Part shown: in pieces, positions 48,601 to 61,938 of the stretch
Position numbering within the stretch: the first letter of the stretch is position 1
Layout of the letters: every line of letters begins with the position of its first letter
NCBI GenBank assembly: GCA_012295275.1
Contig: CM022679.1
Location: forward strand, 8,494,001 to 8,558,000
DNA: 64,000 nucleotides
Source of the DNA: Chrysomallon squamiferum
Taxonomy: Eukaryota > Animalia > Mollusca
Direction: 5' to 3'
Program-made: the position numbers and the translations under genes
The notes under the pieces: generated by a model
Databases searched by the model: none
Seen by the model: the letters and a program-made list of their open reading frames with translations, nothing else
Told to the model about the DNA's origin: nothing

Positions 48601-49973
48601 TATGCATACATTTTTGTTTTAGGCAAGTACCGTGAGTTTCACAAACTGTATGAGGATAAAGATTTTCATGCTGCTGGTTCACTTCTCTTGTCACTTCTTA
48701 CAGCCAGATTAGCACCAAAAGAGTTAGTTGTTTTTTTTTCAGATAATTTTCTTCATGTTTACTCTCACACTGTATATTTTTCTATCTCTTTCTTTCATCT
48801 ATATATATGTATTTTAATTCTTATAAAAATATAAAACAATAATAATTATAATATTTTTTTATAAATTTAAATATATTTTCTAATGTTAAATATTTGCAAA
48901 ACTTAATACAATTTTATATTCTAGTTAAGACTCCAATCCAGGGCAAGAAGAAAAAAACAATTGCAGAATTCCATCATGTTTTGAATGTAAAATGATTTTC
49001 GTTTTAAAGTTTATGTTAGGGCTTTTCTTTAACAAATAATTTTAAAGAATTAAACATTTTAATTATTTTTATATTATTTTGATTCAAATTTGTTTCTTTT
49101 CACTTTCAGTTTTTGGATTACTCTTATCATGGATGCCCTTCCTCTTCTTGAAACAGAACAAGTATGTTGATGTTGCTTCACCAGAAGATACATATTTTGA
49201 GATTAATTTATAAAACCAGAACCAGGGTTCAACAAATTAAAGTCTGAATCACATCTGTGCAGTGATGAGATTAGACAATCTAATGATCTGTTTCATTATC
49301 TACTTTTTCAAAAATAACCATTTATCACTATTGTTAAATAATATTGACTTAGAATTTTACTCTGGCCATGCATAAAGATTTTGGTTTTACATAAGGATAT
49401 AAATTTTTGCTCCCAGCACGTGATTTAATTTATTACACTTATACTCTAACTTTATATAAATGTTTAATTAATCAAATTATTCCGTTTTTGTTGAAATTGC
49501 AATCTCAGTTATTAAGTTTTTGCGTATTCCTTTAGGTGATATTTAATAGTCAACAGACTTACGAATTGATGCACTGTTTAGAGGAATTAACACAGGACAT
49601 GAACAAAGAAAGTAAGAAGTCTGATAACAAAGTAAGTCAGATTTTTACTCTTTACTCATGCAGATTTAAATATCTAACGGGTTAAGCTAATATTAATGTA
49701 AAATTTCTAATTAATGTGTCTTTTTTATTTCATGTGTGTTCTTTATTTTGTTGTTGTTTGGGGGTTTTGTTGGTGTTTTTCCTGATGGAACAGAATTAGT
49801 ATTAAGATTTGTAACATTTTGTGTTCATGCTATCATTATTATTTTTTAATTTTTCTTTTTCTTTACAGGCTTTGGTTGAACCAAGAAAACAAAAACTAGA
49901 ACTTCTCCGACTTGCTCTGACAAGAAACCTGTCCAGAGCCATTATACACGAAGGAACAATAGTTTCTTCTTAG
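39664..49973 (+). CDS. NUP85: Nuclear pore complex protein Nup85, 658 aa
   Basis: 22 GT-AG exons: 39664-39699, 40228-40327, 40750-40848, 41086-41146, 41802-41872, 42141-42254, 42664-42788, 43338-43463, 43887-44012, 44392-44523, 45092-45198, 45841-45930, 46427-46492, 46847-46897, 47119-47219, 47410-47495, 47974-48005, 48187-48287, 48623-48722, 49110-49161, 49536-49631, 49869-49973 (1977 nt). Nup85-typical segments: [98 protein letters not shown]. Confidence 0.93.
41200..41495. repeat. Three diverged tandem copies of a 95-118 bp unit in NUP85 intron 4
   Basis: CAGTTAGAATTTATTTT.ATATTACACATTAATATAAC...AGGTTCTAAAA...TTCA.TATTTTCTT recurs near 41200, 41318 and 41413. Confidence 0.75.
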
Positions 49974-50813
49974 CAGCTTGTTATGAACAAAACAAGACTG
50001 ACAAACTATTTAGTAGTGATGACTTTTGCAAATCATTAATGTCCATCAGATGTTGTCATAAAATCTGAAAATTTCCCATGAGAAATATTCTTTAAAAAAA
50101 CCAACAACATTCTAAGAAATGCTGTTTGAATGTTTTAATATCTGATATGTAGCAACATTAAAGAAGACTCTTTACCTGAAAATGTTTTATAAATTATATG
50201 CAGAATTGATCGATACAGATACAGATTTTTGCAGTAATATTCATCAAAGGTTTATCTGGTTTCTGAAGATGATGTGCAGAGAATATGAAACATTAAATTT
50301 CATTTTACAGGTGTAAGTTAAAGAATTAAATGTGCTTTTGAAATTCCACAGACTACTGCTAATAATGTATACAAATGACATACATAATAACTTTATTAAA
50401 ATTAATAATTTTGCATTATTTTTGTACAAAATTATTTTACAAATAAAAGCTGAAAGACATTTTTAGTGTTATGTGGAATATTTGTGCTTATTTTAGATTG
50501 TCTGAAAGTTTCATTGCTTAAAAGAATGATTCCAACACTCGCTGTCTGTCTATATCAAACTCTACCAATGTTTCGTTAGTAACATAGTTGCTTTATAAAT
50601 ATAGTTTAATGAGAATTTGTAACATTAATAAAATTAAAAAATTAACTTATTAAATAAATAAGAGAAAATGAAAATTAAATCTTTTTTGAAAATTCTTTAT
50701 TCTGTATATGAAGTCTTAAAAAAAATTTGATAACAATAAATACTATATAAATTGGATAGAATAAATCTGATTACAACTGAAAAATACAAAAATTTGTATA
50801 ACAACTATAACAA

Positions 50814-53800
50814 TCACTTCTCTGTAACTATGTGATTAACAGTGACAAATCCAATACAGAATACTGACCATACAATTATTAATACCATCCAGAAACCATG
50901 AAGAAACGGTGACCTTAGCTGATTTGTTTTATGATTGATAGTTTGATTTCTCCTAGCACAGTACACCAACAGTGTTGGAACCACATATTGTATTCCCACA
51001 CCAGCATAGGAACCTGTAATCCCAACAAGAAACTCTACTTGGTTTGTTCCAAATGCCACAGCTACTGGTGGCAGAATAGCCATTAATGGAAACAGAATTC
51101 GTGTCAGTGTCCAATGACGGGGGTTGTCTCCCTTTGAAAACAGTGTGGTGATGTTGTTTCTCAGAGTGATGGAAATAATGGGGAAGCTGGTGCTGAGAGT
51201 AAACACTGGAAACAGCGCAAGGAAATACTGGAAAAAAGCCACACTTGTAACAGCATTCCCTCCACAGTTATCGGGTAGAAAATTCAGAGTGTATATGTCC
51301 TGTATTTCAGCAAACGTGAAAATGCCTGTGAATGACAGGAGTGCGTAGAATCCGAGAATGAGAATGTAGTCCATGGCGAGGACTCGGTAGAGAAGTGATT
51401 TGTCTTTGATTGGTGTGATGAGAGATGGCAGTGAATGGTGACACATGAAGGAGTATATACACACACCAAACAGGTTGGGAATGCCCGAGAAATTAGCTAC
51501 ACTAGGTCGACCTTGACCTCTGTGTTGAGCCAGCTGATTGACAGCCAGGATTATCATAATACCAAAAGCTGAAAAACAAAGTTCATTCATTAATCAATCG
51601 GTTTTAATTATTAACTTTACCTGGACTAATCAATCTTAGAAATATATGTGTGTAGATAGACAGATGTGATCCTATATATGATCATGTATTTTTAAATATC
51701 ATTTAGCAGAGTAATATTTTAGTTAAAAAAAATATTCTTTTTTTTTTAAAACATACAATGAATACAATGAAGTTTGTCACAGAAAATTAAACAAAAATTA
51801 CTTACACAGCCATCTTGCCAGTGTAGTTGTAATTTGGAGATACTTTGTCTTCTGAACATTAAAGAAGGCAAATGGTCCCATGGTTAAAAGAAAACATGCC
51901 TGAATGAAAAAATTTAAAACAATAATAATAATAAAATAAAAACAAATGGAAAATAAGTTTATTTTACATTACTGTAACTATTTAAAACGCAAAAATCTAC
52001 TGCATTTGAAATAATTTCTGAAGTAATTGTTAAGAAAATTACAAAAATTAGTGTTTGCACAAAAAATGATTCTTGGATGTGTTGCTTAATTTGAATAATT
52101 CAAGATAGTATTGCAGCACTTGACTCATTTAATAACATAATTATATACAAAATATAATTGTACAAAATTAGGTTATTAAACATTCTTTCAAAACAATAAA
52201 AATAAATCTATAAATTTCAAAAAATTCATTTTTAGGAAGATCAAAAACAACTTTTATTCAGTCTTAACAAAAATTAAGGCATAACCAAGAAAACAAACCA
52301 CAAATATCCGATAGACGTCCATCCTGGACAGTGGTGAAAATGTCCAGCAAGGGTCAGAATCAGCCATGGTACCATTACACAGGGTTACATTGGTCATGAT
52401 AGGTCGCCAAGTACTGAAAATGTATATTCAAGAATTTAAAACAAATTATTTTCAGTAACACACAGTATTTTAGTAAGGTGAATGAACTTTGGTAATTGGT
52501 GTAAATAAAGGAAACAGACATACTACAGTTTATTAGCACTATAGAATTAAATAATTTTCTATAATGTACACTGAACTTTGTTAATGGACAAATGGACCCA
52601 GAATAAAAAAATACAATGAATACATGGACATGAATTTCAGTGACGGTTACAAAACAGAAGTGTGTTCTAATAAATAATCAGAAAATGGACATCGAGATAT
52701 TAAAATTAAACATTGCAGATTTTGATAGAATGGACAGATATAGAAATCTTGGATTTCAACAAAAATAAAAATAAATAATACTGGATCTTGAAAAAACATG
52801 AAGTATGTATTTAATGTTTACCAGGCAGTATCTCTAAGAGACTTGGGCACAGCTGCTGCATATATGGAGAGATCTCCGTAGAGGTAGATAGCAATACATA
52901 GATAAAACAGCTTTTCTCCAGCTGAAAAAAAACAACCAAATAACTACATTAACTGAGATAATGAGATAACATCTATTCAAAATAGTATGCAGTAAACATT
53001 TATAGTCTAAATAAAAAAATATAAATTAAATTTACTTTACTTACTTGGGTTAAAAAACATTTTAGCCATTTGTCCCTGTAAAAATAAATATAAATGTAAA
53101 GCATAATTGGTTTTAAAACTAATTAATAATTTTAAATGATCTCTAACTCACATCTTACTTGTTATTTTGTGACATACTGAACAGTGTTTAATGACTATAT
53201 GCACTGAAACAGACATCAAAAACTTTCAGAATACAAGATCCTTATATATTTCATCATAATACCTTTTTTTTTTTCTTTGGCATTTGTTTGAATAGTTGTT
53301 TGTCTACACATTGCTGCAATCACATTCTTAATTTTAGTTCATTAACTGATTTTTAGTGTTTTATATTTTCAATATTTTAAAAACAAAACACAAAATGTAC
53401 CATTTCCACTTGTTTTCGGATTTCAAATATTGAGGCATTATCTGAAATATGAAAATACGATCCATTTTAACATTTGATAAGTTATAAATAAAATTTTAAT
53501 AATGCTGAAAATGAAAGATACTATATTAATCACTGAAAACTAAAGGCATCTTGATACATTATACAAAATAATTTCTCTTAAATATCTTTAAAATTTCAAA
53601 CTGTCTTTGTAGATACTTTATCTTTTCTGACAAGAAGAAGTTCAAGCTTTTTGACCTATTTCAAAAAGAACAGTTTTGCAACATTCATAAAAATGGATCA
53701 TAATCCCAATATCTAAGCTAATTAAAACTATTTCCATTTGGATTTCAGTAACAAAAGAATGAAACATTTCATTGTGCATACTCAATTAACTTAGTTGTTG

Positions 53801-55210
53801 TTTGATGTTGAAACAAGCTAATATATAGCAAAACCAAGGAAACCTTGCAGAAAATATTTCAAGTAACACAGAATCAATCTCTTTGCATCATAACAAGTGA
53901 TCATTTATCACAGTCTCCAACACACATCCAGTATTAAAAAAAAATGTAACTCAAACAGTAATTCTCATGGGGGTTTCATATAACAGAATAATTTAGAAGA
54001 AATCATATTTTTAAAAAAATTCCAGATTTACCTGGTTGTCTAGACAACAGAGGAGTGCCTTCATCATCTTCATATTCAGTTCTACTAATAATGTCATTTG
54101 CGTGCTGATGCTGAACATTTTCCACTCCTTCCTGAATACAAAAAAGCTATATTAATATTTTTATTTCACCTTCTAACAATTCAGTTAATACATTACTCCA
54201 ACACTGTTATTATAATATTAGTTTATCTGAAAGGAGGGAAGGAACAGAATATATCAAATAATTTTGAACATAAAAAGAAAAGAAATAAAAAAAAGTGGTT
54301 CTAAAAACGTTTTATGTCAGATTTCAACCTTTAATAATTCTGGTGATATTTTTAAAAAGAAAATATTTTAAAAATAATAATTTGCCAATTTCTTTCTGTT
54401 CCCTTAAAGAAAGATAAACTGATATTTTCATGAAGTGGATTTAAAAAAAAAAAAAAAATGATATCATTTTATTTTCTATTCATTAATTAACCCTTTTCTA
54501 AAGATTAAAAACAAAAACAAATTCTATTTGAAAGTGTAATTAGTAATATCTTTATTAAGTATCAAAATTTCAATTATTAGTAACATACAAACTATAAATA
54601 ATAACAACCCTTGTAATTGTTGTAGTTTCTTCCTGAGCAAGAACAGCATTAGCAGTAGCCATTGTTTCAGTTACAAATGTCACATTCACATAACTGAATT
54701 TAAAAAAAAAGAAGATACAAATATAACACTCACATGCTCACATCTACTCACACACGCACATGCATACACATACACATACACAAGGGCAGGACAAATATAG
54801 GATATGTGGTTAATTTACTTTATTTATTAAATAATTAAACTGTTTGGCATACAATAATTATAAATGGTTTGGGCACATATATACCAAACAAAAACTAAAG
54901 ATATGCATAGTTTCATGGTAACAGTAAACTAATATTTAGATCAGATGAAGCAATATACCTTGCAAATGCAAGCAGTATCACAATAATGAGACTTATCAAC
55001 CACCCTGCCTCTTGGAATGCCATTGGCATTGTTAATGCACCAGTACCCACAATTAGATTGAATATGAAAATCAATCCAACCTGAAAGTAATAATAATGTA
55101 CAGTTATTTAAATAAATAAATGAAAAATTAAATACTAAAATAATTTTTTGTATATTTTACAAATAAAATAAATAAATAAATAAATAAATAAAAATATGCT
55201 GATCATGATA

Positions 55211-55261
<51 letters not shown>

Positions 55262-55626
55262 TATTAAAATTATTATTATTATTATTATATAAAGTTATTA
55301 AACAGAACTGAATCCCTCAACGATCTCTGAACTGCGTTTCTGAATACACTTTTAATAATTTTTAATCAATTTCTTTATTATTCACGTCTCATATTTTTAC
55401 CTCACAGAACGTATTCAAATATGACGCCTATAAATTATCAATAATAACATATGTTTAACCAATCTGACAGTTCTGCTGAGGTCATTCTTCGTTGTTCGAT
55501 TGGAGGGTTCTGTTAATTATTCATTTATTGTAATAATTAAAGTATGGTAGATTCTTTATAAATTACTGTTAAAAATTAAAGTTGTGTTTGACTTACTGGG
55601 GTGGAATACATTTCTGATTCTGTCAT
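50814..55626 (-). CDS. TMEM104: Transmembrane protein 104 (SLC38A12-like amino acid transporter family), 490 aa
   Basis: Minus-strand exons 55626-55597, 55080-54959, 54693-54609, 54131-54032, 53441-53401, 53075-53045, 52921-52822, 52413-52299, 51899-51806, 51568-50814 (1473 nt). Motifs YSTPVGLIFIFNLIVGTGALTMP, YLYGDL.IYAAAVP.SL, GPF.FFNVQKTKYLQ, NLFGVC.YSFMC.HSLPSLITP, FLALFPVFTLSTSFPII, LVGITGSYAG. Confidence 0.93.
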
Positions 55627-56241
55627 TTTTAAACTTCGTGTATTCTCACATTAGTTCTTTCATTTCTGTTTTGTTGAATTCAAGTGCTTACTTCAGTGTT
55701 GAATCTCGTGATACTTCAATCGTTCTTTGACATATTAAGAAAATAAAAATATAGAGTGATCTCCCTTCATCAAAGGTTTTTATTGTCTTATTTTAAAAAT
55801 AAAAATAAAAACAACAATAATGATGATAATTATAAATATCACTGTTATTTTAAACAGGAAAAATGTATATATAATGATTTATTGCCGTGCAAAATTTGAT
55901 CTCGCCCGTTTAAATAATACTTTTTACTTTAACTTTAAGTGTATTCTGGTGTGTCGTTGACAGTGTCAGTGTCTACAAATTGATAATTAAGTTTACGTAA
56001 TAAATAAATACGAAATCCAGTTTTTAAATATGTATCGATGTGGGAAAGAAAATATCAGTATAAATAATACCGTGATGTAATTAAATTCGCCTCATGTACA
56101 TTAATGAAGAATATTATTCATTTCAGTTTATAAAAAAAAAAAATAATAATAATAATTTAATAATAATAAATAAATAGAATTTAAATACAAAAATAATTAT
56201 TTTAATTCTAATTTGCAGATTACCAAAAAGGGTGTAAAAAG
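55627..56241. promoter_or_regulatory. Putative bidirectional promoter TMEM104 / NAT9
   Basis: Divergent start codons 615 bp apart with local CpG retention. A tttgcag acceptor at 56218 suggests a non-coding first exon for NAT9 within this interval. Confidence 0.7.
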
Positions 56242-59200
56242 ATGAAAATCAATCAAGATTCATTTGTATTTGGATCAAAAGTTTTATTGGTGCCCTACAG
56301 ACATCATCATGTTCTCAAGTATAATTATTATTTTAAATCAACAGTATTAAAGCTTTACATTTATTTGTCTTTACCTATTACTACAAATAAAAATTTATGT
56401 ATATGAAAGTTAAGAAAAAAGCTACCACATTTGATTCATTTTATACATATAAAATTATTTTTGATTAATTATCATATTAAATGTTATTTATTTCATTTTT
56501 TTTTTTTTTTTTTTTTTTTTAATAATTATATAGTATGAAATCATCATATAATATATTTTACCAAATATTTACCTGAAGTACACTGGAGTGCAAGATCTGT
56601 CTTTATCAATAAACTTATTCGACTATTTCCTGCTTTATGCAATACCTGGTTGCTAACTAATGTAGAAAAAGAGTGATTTGCTTTCCAGTACATTTTCCAA
56701 AATCCTTTACTGAAGTGCTATCAGTAGGTTACAGTAGGTTTCCTCTCTCATGTTTAATATTACAAAAAATTCCATCAGCACCTGTTAAAAATAGTATTTT
56801 CATTAATACTTGTCATTACAGGTATCACATGTGGATGCAGTCAAAAGAACTCCAGGTACTGACAGCATCTGAACCTCTCTCCCTGGATGAAGAATATGAC
56901 ATGCAGAGAAAATGGCAGGAAGATGAGGACAGTGAGTTGTGATTTAGTTATTAATTGAAGATGTTGAAAAATGAGATAAAAAAAAATAATAATAATAATA
57001 ATAAAAATAAATATTGTAGTATCTGTTATCCAAAACAGCTCTGAAATCTGAAACATTTTTCTTTTTTCTGATTTTTTTAAAGATGCTTTAGGGTACTCGA
57101 TATACAAAATTATTTTTAAAAAAAAAAGATTATGTAAAAATACCTGCAAACTATCAATGTACAGTCCATGAAATATAACTGGGTTTCATACTCAGCGATA
57201 AAAGTTAGTTTTCTTATTTATCAAAATGCAAATATTTCTAAAATCTGCAATATTTTCAGTTCCAAATATTTCAGATTAGGGTTTACATTTTGATGTCATT
57301 TATTTTACTTTTAAGTATAATAATGATAAATTCGATCTTTCCTGAAATGGTGGATCCATTCAAAAGCAAACAATCTGTTATGAATTATAATATTAGATAT
57401 TAAAGGGTTTTCATTGCTTCATTTTTTAAGTGCCTTTTTTCTCGGTATTATCAATAAGATGCTTGGTTTCTTAAGTTACTTATTATCTTAAAAAGACCAA
57501 TACCATTTCTTATATTAATCCAACAGCCATTTGTATCATTGATTTAAAATGTTGTTTGATCAAAATTAATTTTTTTCAGAGTGTACATTCATAATTTTGG
57601 ACTTGCAAAAGTACAGTAATGGACAAAATCAACAAGAACAAAATGAAATAGGTTAGTTAATATTAAGTGTTTAAACAACTAACATTAATTTCCTTTCCAT
57701 TTGGGACAGAACAGTACATTGTACTACTTTATGTCAAAATGTAAAGTCACTGTTTTATTTTTAATTTTTTAATTTTATAATTGGAAACACTATTTTCTCT
57801 TAAATATTAAAACATTTTTGGAAATCTTAATACCTCATGCTTCACATTTTAGATGCTATGATTGGGGATGTGAACTTGTTTCTCAATGATGATTCAAACA
57901 AAAATCAGCAGAAATTGAAATAATGATTGCAGGTGAAGTTGATTCATGTTATAATTAAAATTGTATACCAAGAATGATACCAGAACAATATTTTTTCTGA
58001 TATCTTTCCACATTGTTGTTGTTGTGGGGTTTTTTGATGTTGTTTGTTGTTGTTGTTATGGTTGTTGTCCAGTCATAATTAATAATGAAGTATTACAACA
58101 AAACAGTAGTTTTAAAAGATCTGGGCAATAGCTCTTTTTCTGAGATTGCTCTACTGTTCCTTCTAGTTGCAACAAAAAATTTGAGATATTAATCTTTCAT
58201 GTGTTAAAATGATATCACTACTTCTGATTTTATTTAACTGTGATGAATGATGTCATATCAGAATGATAAAATAATAATCTGATATTATAAAGAATTCTGT
58301 TATACCAGTTATTCATCTCACTAATTATTTAAAAAAAAAAAAAAAAAAAAAAAATTTCAAAGAAATTATATTAACATGTGCAGGTTTTAAAATATTTCAT
58401 CAGTACGAAAAACTTTCTTTTCAGAAAAGGAATATCGTGGTAAAGGTTTTGGTAAAGAAGCATTACTCTCCATGATAAGATATGGTAATTATCAAATAGT
58501 TAATTCTGATTCATTATTTCATTAATCAGGGTGATTACTATTTTCACAAAAACAACAGTTGCATGTTTGTAAGAGACTTAAAACCTTCTAACACAACCAT
58601 CCAGTATTGCTGTTTGCTTTCACAACCATTGCTCAGTGATGTGAATGCAGATAAAATATTTTTATGGTCCAAAGCTTGAAAAATAAGGTTTTTGTTCAGT
58701 TTGTTTAGAAATTTAGTTTCTATCTTTCCTTGAATTTTTTAAAGAAAGGTTTTTCATTAAAATAAATTATATGTCAGAATTTAAAGAATATTTATTTTAT
58801 ATTTTTTAAGGTGAAGAGGTTCTACACTTAAACAAAATTACAGCAAAAATAGGATATGACAACACACCTAGTATCTGCTTGTTTAATAAGTTTGGTTTTC
58901 AGGAGGTTTGTATCAACTCATTTTTTTTTAATCTGTTATTTTAAAAATAAAATTCAAGAATTGTTTCACATCCAAAGGTATATTTTTGTAATTGTTTTTT
59001 TAACATGCAGCTAATCACATTTTAGGATAATTTTATCAAAGACTATTATCAAATATCAAATAGATTTATTATTTAGAACAGATTAAATTATAATCTAGAA
59101 TTTATTAAAAATATTTTCTTAAATTCAGGTTTCCAGGAGTGACATTTTTCAAGAGGTGACGCTTGAATTGATTATAACTGAAGACATACAAGATATTATT

Positions 59201-59254
59201 ATAAAAAATACTCCACATTTTAAGATCACAAATCTACTTGAAAAAGAAAGATAA
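56242..59254 (+). CDS. NAT9: N-acetyltransferase 9 (GNAT family; alpha/beta-tubulin N-acetyltransferase 9-like), about 206 aa, with an apparent 1-nt frameshift in exon 4
   Basis: Exons 56242-56318, 56822-56931, 57580-57651, 57853-57932, 58425-58484, 58811-58905, 59129-59254. Motifs MKIN...V.LVPY..HHV.KYH.WM, LTASEPLSLDEEY.MQ..W.EDEDKCTFIILD, MIGDVNLFL, AEIEIMIAE, RGKGFG (GNAT motif A), AKIG.DN.PS..LF.K.GF. Exon 4 is 80 nt where 81 is needed. Confidence 0.9.
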
Positions 59255-61938
59255 AGATATAACTCGACTTTCCTGCAAGGAAAATTAACTGGTCAAATGC
59301 ATATTAACAGCAACACTGTGGAAAAAAAAAAAAAAAAAGGGGTGTATAAATAACAATTACTTTAATTAGTCACAAACCAAAACATATGAATCATCACAGA
59401 GAATGTGCTGTTTTGTAGTTTGAGTGCTGACATGAAGCACAGAGTCACAAGATTGGCACCTCTTGGCTTGCCCACTGCCAAGTTCCAAATGAATGGTTTC
59501 TCCTAAAAGGAAGAAATGTTTTACTGCCAATAAATAGCAGTCAAAGCCAACTATTACTGTGTTTTTCAAGTATTTGTAAAACCCATTCAGGAAGCGATTA
59601 CTTACCATATAAATGTTCATACTGCGAGGGGAAAAGAAACAACATAAACCATTGTGATTATGTAATAATATTACATTTATCAGAATACTTTTAAGTACAA
59701 CATAATAAGTTACAAAACTGACAACATTTAATAAAACATATGAATTCAATTAGAAATGCATGTGACAAGAAACTGAAATATAAAAAAATGCATAGATAAA
59801 ATGGTAATAATAATAGTAAAATTTGAATAAAAATGGTAATAAATACCCTAACAACCTAAGACTTTGCTAAAATATCAATTCACTAACCAATTCTAATAGA
59901 AAATATATCTTTCTACAAAATAACTGATCATCACAATGTATAATACGTGAGCCATGATTACAATTTTTAAAACACAAAATGTTTATATAAACAATATATG
60001 TTCCTAGTTTAATTATTATAACTTTAAAACCCCATATGAAAACATTAACAATTTATAATATTAATGATACCCAAGCTTTCGTGCTCCATTAATGTTCTTT
60101 GAATTAGGTTCTTAAACATCTTGACACATATTTTTCATTTTAAAACTTTTAAGTGGTGAACAGTAATGAATGAACATGAAATTGCATATACTTCAGTTTC
60201 ATGATTTGGATTATAAATTAAATACCAGTTTAAAAACCTGTCTAAAAAAACAACAATATTATGGATTATAAATGTTAGACAAAGGTTTTGAGAATCCATA
60301 TACATCTAGGATAATAATTCAATAATGTAAAAACACCCCACAAAAAAAAAACAACAACACTTTAATTTATTACAAAGGTAAGGCAGTTTAACATAACACA
60401 AAGATACTGGGGGAAAAAAAAACAACACTGGGTGTAAAAATCCATTTATATACAATTAGTAATTTCAAAATGCTGTACAATTACAATTATTAAACTTTTA
60501 GGTCCTGTTTAAAATGATAATATAAAACAATAATGGTCTAACAAAATGTATTGGTTTTCGTAACAGTAAAGTTAATTTTGTTTTCACTGGCATCTAAATA
60601 ATTGTTTTCAGTGGTCAACAGATATTTGTCTTATTTTATTTTTACCTTTAGTTATTATTTTTTATTATTAGTTATATGTGTGTGTGTGTGTGTGTGTGTT
60701 CATTTTTTTGTTTTTGTTACATGAATATATTATTCGAGCCAGAAATTTGGACATGGTTATAAATACAAGTACTGCAAAACTTACTTCTATTTAAAAAGCA
60801 TTTTAGTTATGATTAAACTGAGCAGATATTATATCAGGTTTTTTCGACTAGAAATTTATTCTAGATTATCATAATTTTTATTCACTTATCTTTAAGTATT
60901 CTCTAAGAAGTTATCAACAGCCATATGCACATGTAATATACCCATAAAAGTTATCACAAATAAGCAAATATCAAACTACATTAGAATTTATATGCTACAA
61001 TATTCAAAGTTAAAAACATTTAATCCAAAAGTTATAAAATGTAAGAATATTATGAAATATTCAACTTCATTTAATAAATGGCTAGAATATAAATAACTGA
61101 ATAATCTAAAATGTAACTAAATTTTATTGTTCAATGCCCTATTAACAATATTATTTGTAACATTTAAAGGCATTATCAGCAAATAACCATTATTTATTTT
61201 CCACACAATTCACAGAAGCAGTTACAGTTTAAAAGCAGACTGGGAAGTTTAAAGCACCATCTTATTATTGCGTATAAATTATAAATGTAATAAAGACATG
61301 AATAGCTAATGACAATTTTGCTTATGATATATTCCATTAACAGTTTGAGTACAGTCATATGTGAAACTGTGCTGAAAAGCAGTTGCTATTTAAGAATATA
61401 TCAGAAGGGTGAAAGCACCAAATTGTCTTTAAAATTTAGTTTTTTGTTTACTTATCTTGGGGTTGCTTCTGGGGTATCTTAAGACAGGTAATGCTGAAAT
61501 AAATTTTGAATCTGTTATTTTAGGTAATTTTAAATAGAATGATCTGTAAATTATAATAGTATTACAAAGAAAATTTATGCAACAACAAAATACAGCCCTA
61601 TTCAAATACTGGATATGACAATAAACATAAATGGATATGTGTCATATCATTTTTGTTAATTTTACACTATATATTAATGATCTGTATGAGCAAAACAAAG
61701 TTGTTATAACATGTACATAATTTGGTGACCTTGATTAAAGAGGTATGTTAAAGATTTCATTTTAACCTAATAAAAATGTTAATAATGCTCCCAATATTAG
61801 TAACAGCAGTCAGACAGTGTGAAGTTTTGCAGAAATGTTTAAAGCTTGTTTTTGTATCTAGCAACATATTTGGTACATTTATTTCACTTGTTTACCGGTA
61901 TCTATAAACATATAAATAATTTTACAAAATTCCCATGA

